Positions 56,467 through 64,000 of a stretch of DNA of 64,000 bases are shown here, piece by piece. How positions within the stretch are numbered: the first letter of the stretch is position 1; each line of letters starts with the position of its first letter. The position numbers and the translations under genes were made by a program. The notes under the pieces are model-generated. The model saw nothing but the letters and a program-made list of their open reading frames with translations, made no database searches and was not told the DNA's origin. The DNA comes from Candidatus Wallbacteria bacterium (GTDB taxonomy: Bacteria; Muiribacteriota; JAQTZZ01). The stretch spans positions 74,087 through 138,086 of the forward strand of contig JAQTZZ010000002.1 of NCBI GenBank assembly GCA_028687545.1, in the 5' to 3' direction.

Positions 56467-57827
56467 TAGAAATTGTATTTAATTCCAAGATAAAGCTGGT
56501 CTTTACGGCTGAAATCCTCGACTTTGAGAATCACTCCAAAATTTTGTGAAAAAGGATAACTGCAGGCTATCCGGTACAGCCAGTCCCTGTCGCTGACCAG
56601 ACTCAATTCCCAGTCCAGATCGAAGATCAAGGTCTCCAGCTTTAAGCTGGGTCCTCCGTCCGCATAACCAAGCAACCGCGTATAACCGTTTTCCTTCCTG
56701 CCGATCAGAAACCCCGGCTCCCTGCGGCTGTTAATATCTGAGATGCCGGCTTCCAGATTATTTCTGCCTGCAGACAGCCTCCAGCCGATATCGGTCTGAT
56801 AATCGCCGTCGGAAGGGGATTGAAAAACGCTGCAGTTCCATCTGTTCTTTAATCCAAGGTCCTGGCCGAGGAACTGGTTAACCTTGCCTGTGGCACTCTT
56901 CAGGTTCTCCGCGGTTTCCGTGATTGCGCTTTTCAACTTGTCGTTCACCGCCAGTTTCTCGGTTTCCCTCAGAATCACATCCAGTCTGCCGGAAATGCTC
57001 AATAAATCTTCAGCGAATTTGGATTTATCCCCCTCCTTGACCGGGAAATCCAGCTGAGCCAGAAACAGCGCGAATCTCTTGCTGATTTCCTGGAGGTTTT
57101 TCAGGCTCTGCCCGATCTCGCTCTGATTGCTCTTTAAAGTGCCGTCAGCGCGGGTGAGGAATGTATTGAGGTTGTTCATGGTCTTGTCCAGCTGCTTCTG
57201 AGCCTCAGTGATCACTCCGTTCAAGTTTTCAGACACTACGGCCAGATTGTCGGCTGTTTTCCTGATCCGGTCCTTGAATTCCACATCTGAAACGAGCTGG
57301 TTGATTTCATTCATCAGGTCTGAGAATTTGTCCAGAGATGTTTCAAATTTTTCATAGGCATCTACGAGCAGAAGCGGGTCCCTTCCCCTGATGGAGTCTT
57401 CATTCTGGATAAATTCCTTCCCGATCCCTGCTCCCCGGATACTGACATATTTCTCGCCCAGAAGTCCGGTGGTGTCGATGAAAATATCCACATTCCTGGG
57501 TATTTTGAATTTCTTGTCGATTGAAAGCACGACTACCACTTCACTGTTGGGAATTTCGGTTTCCGCCTCCCTCAGGTAAATATTCTTGACTGTCCCTACG
57601 CGGACGCCGAGATATTCTGCAAAGCTTCCAGTCTGAAGCCCGTTGATCTGCCTGAAAATCACGAAAACCTTGTAATCCTCCTGTAAACTGAAATCACCCA
57701 GAATGAAAACAAAGCCGGTCAGCACCAGCAGCGCAGCGGTAAAAAAAGCTCCCACCAGGAGGCTGTCAGTTTTTAAAGCCATGCAGGAACTCACGAATTT
57801 CGGGTATTTCGGAATTGAAAAAGGCAT
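56466..57827 (-). CDS. MCE/MlaD-domain protein with a long coiled-coil and C-terminal extension (453 aa)
   Basis: An N-terminal TM helix is followed by the MCE domain (YKVFVIFRQINGLQTGSFAEYLGVRVGTVKNI...). It overlaps the mlaF-like gene. Confidence 0.6.
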   Translation of the reverse strand: MPFSIPKYPKFVSSCMALKTDSLLVGAFFTAALLVLTGFVFILGDFSLQEDYKVFVIFRQINGLQTGSFAEYLGVRVGTVKNIYLREAETEIPNSEVVVVLSIDKKFKIPRNVDIFIDTTGLLGEKYVSIRGAGIGKEFIQNEDSIRGRDPLLLVDAYEKFETSLDKFSDLMNEINQLVSDVEFKDRIRKTADNLAVVSENLNGVITEAQKQLDKTMNNLNTFLTRADGTLKSNQSEIGQSLKNLQEISKRFALFLAQLDFPVKEGDKSKFAEDLLSISGRLDVILRETEKLAVNDKLKSAITETAENLKSATGKVNQFLGQDLGLKNRWNCSVFQSPSDGDYQTDIGWRLSAGRNNLEAGISDINSRREPGFLIGRKENGYTRLLGYADGGPSLKLETLIFDLDWELSLVSDRDWLYRIACSYPFSQNFGVILKVEDFSRKDQLYLGIKYNF

Positions 57828-58497
57828 TTTTTCCCATCAGATGCTTGATCTTCCCTTCATGATGCAGCCCAACTCTGTCTGCTATCCGGTAAGCGCTGTA
57901 CAAATCATGTGTTACCGCCAGACAGGAAACGCTTCCCTGCCTTGATAATTTTACTATCAATTCATTGATCCCCGCAACCCTTTCCGGGTCGAGGCCGACC
58001 GTAGGTTCATCGAACAGGATCAGTTCCGGCTCTGTAATGATCGTCCGCGCCATCGCCACCCTCCGCTTCATGCCACCCGACAATTCAGCCGGGTACAGGG
58101 TGGAAAATTTCGAGAGCGTAAATCCGACGAGTGTTTTATCCACCCTGTCCCTGATCTCATGCTCATTTAAATCCGTGTGTGCTCTAAGCGGCAGGGCAAT
58201 ATTCTCAAACACATTCAGGAAATCGAACAAAGCTCCGGACTGAAAGACCATTCCTATTTTCATCCTGCTCTTTCTTGAACCAGATCCGGTCGGGCAGAGT
58301 TCCTGATCCTTGAAACTGATTTTTCCCTGGTCTGGTGCAATCAAGCCCATCACGCATTTGAGCAGAACGCTCTTCCCGCATCCAGATGGCCCCAGGATCA
58401 CCACGATCTCAGCCGGGGAAAGTTCCAGGGAAACACCCTGCAGTACCGGTTTTCCGGCAAAGGATTTAAAAACATCCGCTATCTGCAAAAAAGACAC
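57766..58497 (-). CDS. ABC transporter ATP-binding protein, MlaF-like
   Basis: Walker A is GPSGCGKS. The ABC signature is LSGGMKRRVAMAR. Walker B is LILFDEPTVGLD. Confidence 0.75.
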   Translation of the reverse strand: MSFLQIADVFKSFAGKPVLQGVSLELSPAEIVVILGPSGCGKSVLLKCVMGLIAPDQGKISFKDQELCPTGSGSRKSRMKIGMVFQSGALFDFLNVFENIALPLRAHTDLNEHEIRDRVDKTLVGFTLSKFSTLYPAELSGGMKRRVAMARTIITEPELILFDEPTVGLDPERVAGINELIVKLSRQGSVSCLAVTHDLYSAYRIADRVGLHHEGKIKHLMGKNAFFNSEIPEIREFLHGFKN

Positions 58498-58498
58498 G

Positions 58499-59638
58499 TT
58501 ATTTACCGTTTTCTTTTGTTTCAGCCGTTCCGAGTTCGATTACTTCCAGGCTGGAACCGGCTGATTCACTAGTGCCGGTAAGATCTTTTCCGCTTCCTGA
58601 GCCAACCGGATTTTCAAGATTAGGGAGTACAGAAACCAGCTGTGGGATTCCGGAGGGAATCCAGTTTTTGCCCTCTACCTGCCATTTCTGCGACAAAAGA
58701 GTCACCCGCTCGGATTCCCGCAGCAGGAAAAGAATCAATCCGCTCTTTTCAAAGTCATAGACTGAGAGGAGAAGTGAAACCGTCCAGCCGCGGGGAAACT
58801 TCGCGAGCATGAACTCCTGCAGCTCCCGGCTGAAATTCCCGGCGTACCCCGCTGGAGCGATCCGGCTGAAGCCTGCATAATCCTTCCCGTCCAGAGCCTT
58901 TAAAAATTCAGAGGCCCGGTCTTTCAAAAGATCAGGGCCCGGCAGTATTTCTTTCAGTTCATCCCGGTCTTCCCGTGAAAAAAGGTTCCGCCGCTCTTCT
59001 GGCGAACAGAGCTTCCAGTAACCGGTCCCGCTGATTCCGAGTAAAAGTATCAGGAACAGCATGGTTTTTAAAGGAAATTTCCAGCTCTTTCTGACGGGTG
59101 GCGCAACCTGGGCCTGCGGATTATCATCTTCCACCGCCGCTTCAGGCTGCACGGGATTTTCCAAGGGTGAGGTCACTTCAGGTTGAGCTGCTTTCACTGT
59201 CCTTTTGGGACCGTTTTTGTCGAGCAGCTCAATCGCCGCAATGGCTTCATCCTCAGCAGCGCTCTCTGCGAATTTTTCCAGCACCCTGGTCAGTTCCGCC
59301 TTTGGGAGTCCTGAATTTGTCAGTGCGTGCAAGGTATTGAGACGCACGGTTCTGTCAGGGGAATCAAGACCTTCCTCCAGTCCCTCGGCTGCTTTCTGAA
59401 GGCTGGTGGAATGTTTTGCCTCCCCATCCAGGCCCAGTTTTTCGATCTTTTCCAGATTGCGGGTGGCCTTCCTGACGAAAAAGTTCAGAGCCTTGTCATT
59501 TTTTCCGATGATTTTCTGCAGTTCTGCATAGAGAATCTTGAGACGATCCGGGTCAAGGCTTTCCAGTTTGGCGATTTCGATGATCGCAGCCCGCAGTTTG
59601 TCAGGATCAGTGCTTTTTAATTGTTCCAGAAGGTCCAT
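58499..59638 (-). CDS. Hypothetical membrane protein with an N-terminal HEAT-like helical repeat region
   Basis: It has one predicted TM helix (MLFLILLLGISGTGYW). No recognisable catalytic motifs were found. Confidence 0.35.
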   Translation of the reverse strand: MDLLEQLKSTDPDKLRAAIIEIAKLESLDPDRLKILYAELQKIIGKNDKALNFFVRKATRNLEKIEKLGLDGEAKHSTSLQKAAEGLEEGLDSPDRTVRLNTLHALTNSGLPKAELTRVLEKFAESAAEDEAIAAIELLDKNGPKRTVKAAQPEVTSPLENPVQPEAAVEDDNPQAQVAPPVRKSWKFPLKTMLFLILLLGISGTGYWKLCSPEERRNLFSREDRDELKEILPGPDLLKDRASEFLKALDGKDYAGFSRIAPAGYAGNFSRELQEFMLAKFPRGWTVSLLLSVYDFEKSGLILFLLRESERVTLLSQKWQVEGKNWIPSGIPQLVSVLPNLENPVGSGSGKDLTGTSESAGSSLEVIELGTAETKENGK

Positions 59639-59671
59639 GCCAGAAGTTTATCATAAAAAAAGATCAATAAG

Positions 59672-59712
59672 AAACAAAAAATAAGGGGCGCAGCTGGCTG
59701 CGCCCCTTATTG
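59672..59712 (-). terminator. Rho-independent terminator downstream of the pilin-like gene
   Basis: On the minus strand the hairpin GGGGCGCAGC..GCTGCGCCCC is followed by TTATTTTTTG. Confidence 0.65.
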
Positions 59713-59733
59713 GATTACTGGTATTTTTTACGA

Positions 59734-60621
59734 TCAATACTCGCCAGGTCTTCTCATCTTGGTGTTGCTTTTGGACTGCACAGCCAGGTTGTGGCGGGAG
59801 TCTGAATAACACGTAGCAGCCCAGGGCGGGTTGATCGAAGCATCTGCCATGCGGACATAAATATCGGCTTCAAAAGACTTGCAGCCTGCGCCGCTGTTTC
59901 TGCCGACCAGCAGGCTGACGAAGTTGTAGATGCCGTTAAGCGTGCCTGCTGTCACTCCAGTGGCAGGTTCCTGAAGAGTCAGGGATCCGATGCAGCCTGC
60001 CACCGGGTCGCCTGTCGCACCCTTGCCCGTATCGTTTGAGGAGCTGTCGCCCACAGTAAACGTGATCAGAGATGTAAGATTATTGTCGTAGCCGCTCTTG
60101 AATTGAAAATCAGCCCCTGAGGCCTTTGCCTGGGCCGGAAATTTCGGAGTCTTGCTGAAATAGATCGTGATCACGTCGCCGTTGTCGAGCAGGCCGTTTC
60201 CATTGACATCGCCGGATTGGGCCGCGTCTGAAATCGCGAGCGGCGGCAGGTAGGAAACAATCAGGTTATCCCTGTTGACCGGGTCCATGACGTCTCCAGC
60301 CACTTTGCCGTCCGGTCCGTTGGACATGATGATACCGTCTGTAGGCACGATCGAATACTGGTTTCCCCAGGGGTCTCTTTTGTTTTCAGTCAGGTATCTC
60401 GGCACCAGCCAGTCCAGATTCTCGCATTTCCTGGATTCCTGAGCCTGGAAACGGACGATCGCATCGCGGACTCCGTTCATGGAACTCTGGGCTGTAGAAA
60501 TTCTGGCCCTGGTGGCCATGTCGCCCAATTCAGGGAGCAGCACTGCGATCAAAATTCCGATGATCGCAACGACGATCATCAATTCAACTAGTGAGAAGCC
60601 TTTGACTCTGCGAAACATCAT
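59734..60621 (-). CDS. Type IV pilin / T2SS pseudopilin-like protein with prepilin N-terminal methylation motif (295 aa)
   Basis: The N-terminus KGFSLVELMIVVAIIGILIAVLLPE carries the G|FxxxE prepilin peptidase site followed by a hydrophobic helix. A later segment DVNGNGLLDNGDVITIYF resembles a dockerin/EF-hand Ca-binding loop. Confidence 0.65.
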   Translation of the reverse strand: MMFRRVKGFSLVELMIVVAIIGILIAVLLPELGDMATRARISTAQSSMNGVRDAIVRFQAQESRKCENLDWLVPRYLTENKRDPWGNQYSIVPTDGIIMSNGPDGKVAGDVMDPVNRDNLIVSYLPPLAISDAAQSGDVNGNGLLDNGDVITIYFSKTPKFPAQAKASGADFQFKSGYDNNLTSLITFTVGDSSSNDTGKGATGDPVAGCIGSLTLQEPATGVTAGTLNGIYNFVSLLVGRNSGAGCKSFEADIYVRMADASINPPWAATCYSDSRHNLAVQSKSNTKMRRPGEY

Positions 60622-60823
60622 ACAACCTCCTGCTGACTTTGATTGTTGAATGTATTAAAGCAGATTGAATGCCAGATTGCAACGATCGGAACAACAAAAT
60701 GTCAGATTCTTAGCAGTGCAAGGTTTTCCTGGTTTATTTACGATTCCACCATGCAGTGGCAGAACAGGCTCTGCCTTATCGATTTGTTGCATTCTAAAAC
60801 ACCTGAACCGGATTGTTCGAATT

Positions 60824-61777
60824 TCAGTGTCCCGTTTTGCAACAGACCCTTTGAAATCGGTTAAAATCCAATTTTCTGGCTAATTCCAGCACATAATAAA
60901 AACCGGCAGGATCTGCCTGTCCCAGACCTGTGATCCCGAAAGCAGTGCCGTGCGTCACTGAGAGTCTCAGATAAGGAAGCCCCAGCGTAATGTTGGCTCC
61001 GCTCAATCCGTGTACGAGCTTGAAAGGCGTCAATCCCTGATCGTGATACAGGGCGAGGTAGCAGTCTGCTTTTGTTTTGAAGAAGGTGTCCGGTACCAGG
61101 GGTCCGCAGGCGGAAATGCCTTCGTGCTCCGCGAGCCTGATCGCTTCGCTGACCAGGAATTCCTCTCTGCCCATCAGGCCGTTCTCGCCGGCGTGCGGAT
61201 TAAGGCCCAGGACTCCGATCGGCTTTTTCCCGCTGGCCATGCCGCTGGCTGCGATGATCCGTAATTTTTCCAGTATCAGCCCGGTAGTGATCAAACCTGG
61301 AACAAGCGAGAGAGGCACATGCACAGTGCAGAGCCCCATTGAAAATTTTTCCCCGTGGAAAAACATCAGCACAGCATCAACCCCGGCTCTGTCCCTGAGA
61401 TAATCAGTATGCCCGAGCTGCCGGATCCCGGCCTTGTGCCAGGCTTCCTTGGAAACAGGCATGGTCACCAGGATCGCACCGGGATTAATTTCCACGATCC
61501 CGACAGCTTCTGCCAGGCAGGCGAAGGACAGGCGCCCTGCTTCAGCCTGCACTTTCCCGGGCTTGATTTTCTGTTTCTGCTCTATCCCGGACAAATAGAT
61601 TCCAGGTCTGACTTTACCGTCCCAGGCAGGCAGCTTCGAAGCGAGAAATCCGGTAGAAGCGCAAAGAACAAAGCAGTCCTGCCCAGTATCTGCAACTTTA
61701 AGCCAGAGATTCAGGATTTCAGGACCGATCCCTGCCGGATCGCCCATTGTGATCACGATCAGTTTCGATTTTTTCAT
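60824..61777 (-). CDS. pdxA: 4-hydroxythreonine-4-phosphate dehydrogenase
   Basis: The N-terminus LIVITMGDPAGIGPEI matches, and the HGTAFGITG region and a length of about 317 aa fit PdxA. Confidence 0.85.
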   Translation of the reverse strand: MKKSKLIVITMGDPAGIGPEILNLWLKVADTGQDCFVLCASTGFLASKLPAWDGKVRPGIYLSGIEQKQKIKPGKVQAEAGRLSFACLAEAVGIVEINPGAILVTMPVSKEAWHKAGIRQLGHTDYLRDRAGVDAVLMFFHGEKFSMGLCTVHVPLSLVPGLITTGLILEKLRIIAASGMASGKKPIGVLGLNPHAGENGLMGREEFLVSEAIRLAEHEGISACGPLVPDTFFKTKADCYLALYHDQGLTPFKLVHGLSGANITLGLPYLRLSVTHGTAFGITGLGQADPAGFYYVLELARKLDFNRFQRVCCKTGH

Positions 61778-62003
61778 TCATCCACTCTATAAAATTAACT
61801 TGAGTTTGGCAAATTTTTATGGTGTGCAGCCAGATATTTGTCGAAAACCTTGATTTGTGGCGGGTCCTGTCCTGGCATCTGAAGCTGTTGAAAAACCCTC
61901 CGGGTTTTGTTACAGCTTCGGACGCCTGGCCACCCCACAAGGGCTTCAGCAGCATGATATGGAAAATTTGCCAAAGTCGAGAATTAAAATAAGTCTGGCA
62001 AAT

Positions 62004-63014
62004 TCAGCTGCAGCAAGCTGTTACCATGATCAGCTCATAAAACTCGGCAGGTAGGTCAAATCCGATCTGCGGATAAATGATGTTGCTGATACTGCCGGCA
62101 ATTTTTTTCAGCTTCACAGCATCCTTTTCCGTCGTGACAATGGTCTGTCCTGAAAGGCCGCTCAGGTCTGCTTTTGAATACTTGTGATGATCCGGGAAAA
62201 CCCTTTTTCCAGCCAGCTTGATGCCGGAACCTGAGAGCAGACGGTCAAAGGATTCTGGATTGCCGATTCCGCAGATTGATTCCGCCTCTGCGGGTGGCTG
62301 CACGGTTTCGGAATTGAGATTTTTCCAGCACCTGACTGCAGTGCAGGCGCGGAAAATCCTGATCCCTGGGCTGATCCCTCTGATCAGGCCTTCCAGATAT
62401 ATAAGCCAGGCCGGGTCTGCCAGTTCGCACCTTGTCAGTACAGCTACCCTGGCCCGTCTGAAGGCAGTCAGCGGTTCGCGCAAAAGGCCTGTCGGCAGCA
62501 GCTGGTAACTTTCCATGGGAGAGGTGGAGTCTATCGTCAGTATGTCCAGGTCGCGGTGCAGGCGGTAATACTGGAACCCGTCGTCCAGAAGCAGGCAGTC
62601 GGGCTTCAGCTGCCGGTATCTCTTCAGGCCAGCCAGGCGATTTTTCCCGATCAGCACAGGAATTCCGGTCCGCTCTGCCAGCATCACAGGCTCATCCCCG
62701 TATTGATCCGGATCTGCTCCTGGTTCAAGCTTGTGGTTGCCTCGCAATCCGGCTTTATACCCCCTGGACAGAATCACAATGTTGAGACCTTTTTTTGTGA
62801 GATATTCCCCGATTTCGGCGGTCAGCGTTGTTTTACCGGTTCCGCCCGCATGCAGATTGCCTATGCTGATCACAGGCCGGTTGACCTTCCTGTACCTCAG
62901 GCTGTGATAAAACCGGTCCAGAAGATAGAGCCCAAAATAGAGTCTGCTGGAAATGCTCTGGAAGAATGGATTGTCAAAAATCAGCCAGGATCTGGAGACC
63001 ATGCTGCAAGTCAA
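62004..63014 (-). CDS. lpxK: Tetraacyldisaccharide 4'-kinase
   Basis: A P-loop ISIGNLHAGGTGKTTL is followed by ILSRGYK, characteristic of LpxK. Confidence 0.8.
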   Translation of the reverse strand: MTCSMVSRSWLIFDNPFFQSISSRLYFGLYLLDRFYHSLRYRKVNRPVISIGNLHAGGTGKTTLTAEIGEYLTKKGLNIVILSRGYKAGLRGNHKLEPGADPDQYGDEPVMLAERTGIPVLIGKNRLAGLKRYRQLKPDCLLLDDGFQYYRLHRDLDILTIDSTSPMESYQLLPTGLLREPLTAFRRARVAVLTRCELADPAWLIYLEGLIRGISPGIRIFRACTAVRCWKNLNSETVQPPAEAESICGIGNPESFDRLLSGSGIKLAGKRVFPDHHKYSKADLSGLSGQTIVTTEKDAVKLKKIAGSISNIIYPQIGFDLPAEFYELIMVTACCS

Positions 63015-63064
63015 TCAAACGCTTTACTTTTTGTCAATTATTCAGCGGTTGCCGGAAAATCCCG

Positions 63065-63997
63065 TTAAAGAATCCCGTTCTTCAGTATGAAATCCGCGAT
63101 CGCCTCACCTGCAATCTTATGTCCCTTGTTGTTGGGATGGATCTGTTGCACTGAGTTCGGGTCACGGCAAACATCTTGGCCCTTCATGCCGCGGAAATTC
63201 TCAAGCAGATCGAGATAAGGCACTCTGTTTTCAAGACAGAATTTTTTCAGCAGCTCGTGCAGGCAAGCCTCGGGATTCCGGCTGTAATCATCGAGGTTTT
63301 GAAATACAGGGAAATGAACGATCAGAAGAGGGATTTGCTTTTTCTTGACCAAATCCACAATCTGCTGAAGACTTTTTTTATTTTTTTCTGTCACAGGGTG
63401 GTAATAATCCACGCTCAGCTGAATCCCAAAATGCTTTGCCATTTTTTCAAGGTTAAGAAAAAGCAGGGCCAGGAAATGCGAGTGATCAAATACAAAAAAA
63501 TTGAATCTGCCGAAATCCACGATCAGCGGGATGCAGATTGAATTTAAATACTCTATTTCGATGCGGTCTGAATAATGGTGATGTGCTAACGGCGGCGTCA
63601 GATCATTGTTCACAAAGGCCAGCACGATCAGGTCAGGATTGGTTTTAAATCCCCACTTTTTGAGATATATTCTTTCCTGGCAGGAGTTCCAGCCGCCCAC
63701 ACCTGCGTTCATGACCACCACTTTTCCATAGCCGGATTCTTTTATCAGCACCCGCTCCATTGATTTTGTAAATCCATCCTCAAACAGGACTGCTTGTTCA
63801 GTCACAGAATCACCAACTACCAGCACTTTTTTCCGTGCGGTTTTAAGCCGCTCCTCAAGTTTCCCGTTTTCCGTCCAGATTCCCAATTCATTGTATACTC
63901 CGTTGGCTGGATTTCTGCGGTAAATAATGTCTCGGTCTGTGATGTACGCATTTTCACAATCGAGATAACAATTGTCTCCTTTATTGAGTATGATCAC
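63065..63997 (-). CDS. SGNH/GDSL-family hydrolase; the N-terminus may extend beyond the window end
   Basis: A block I motif VVGDSVT is present, with later GxND-like blocks. The apparent GTG start is 3 nt from the sequence end and the frame stays open upstream, so the gene is possibly truncated. Confidence 0.5.
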   Translation of the reverse strand: MIILNKGDNCYLDCENAYITDRDIIYRRNPANGVYNELGIWTENGKLEERLKTARKKVLVVGDSVTEQAVLFEDGFTKSMERVLIKESGYGKVVVMNAGVGGWNSCQERIYLKKWGFKTNPDLIVLAFVNNDLTPPLAHHHYSDRIEIEYLNSICIPLIVDFGRFNFFVFDHSHFLALLFLNLEKMAKHFGIQLSVDYYHPVTEKNKKSLQQIVDLVKKKQIPLLIVHFPVFQNLDDYSRNPEACLHELLKKFCLENRVPYLDLLENFRGMKGQDVCRDPNSVQQIHPNNKGHKIAGEAIADFILKNGIL

Positions 63998-64000
63998 ATG

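Noticed and set aside
58499-59638. Possible missing MlaE permease
   Set aside because: The protein has one TM helix and HEAT-like repeats rather than a multi-TM MlaE fold, so it is not the permease. The absence of mlaE within the window stands.
61823-62010. TGGCA...TGCA motifs as sigma54 promoters
   Set aside because: The GG-GC spacing is 13, not 12, and there is no consensus TTGCW. Not supported.

Overview
This 64 kb window comes from a diderm (LPS-producing) bacterium, possibly FCB-group-like given the fused lpxC-fabZ gene. Almost every gene is envelope- or surface-related. The window divides into four blocks. (i) 1..11220 is a surface-proteome block on the minus strand: a >1800 aa secreted beta-propeller/Ig-like repeat protein that runs off the window start, an M6 (InhA-like) zinc metalloprotease with Big_2 repeats, and a large lipoprotein. 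It is followed by a 5'-nucleotidase-type metallophosphoesterase. (ii) 13.2..35.6 kb holds a tandemly duplicated module of about 11 kb. Each copy encodes a giant secreted protein of unknown function (1694 and 1734 aa) and two translationally coupled Skp/OmpH-like periplasmic chaperone paralogs. Beside these sits a molybdate/tungstate-type ABC transporter set: a substrate-binding protein, an N-terminally extended permease, a NapH/MauN-like 4Fe-4S membrane protein, and a small secreted protein. No ATPase gene is present. The two giant genes are ~97-98% identical at the DNA level over their 3' ~4.3 kb, including a shared bidirectional terminator, but carry a hypervariable N-proximal cassette. The accessory genes of the two copies are only ~50% identical and are arranged in a different order and orientation. 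(iii) 36980..45229 holds a STAND NTPase of 1595 aa (HEAT repeats - DUF4062-like - NACHT P-loop - KLC-type TPRs), followed 79 bp downstream by an 1127 aa class III nucleotidyl cyclase fused to a TM helix and HEAT repeats. (iv) 45.2..64 kb is an outer-membrane/LPS biogenesis supercluster on the minus strand. It comprises an MlaF-type ATPase, an MlaD-type MCE protein, tamB, an Omp85 (BamA/TamA) gene, skp, lpxD, an extra OMP-like gene, lpxC-fabZ and lpxA. After these come comF, an ICMT-family methyltransferase, a type IV pilin-like gene, pdxA, lpxK and an SGNH hydrolase. No rRNA, tRNA, CRISPR array or recognisable mobile element was seen. The most novel candidates are the duplicated giant-protein/dual-Skp-like/transporter module with its concerted-evolution signature, and the STAND-cyclase gene pair.
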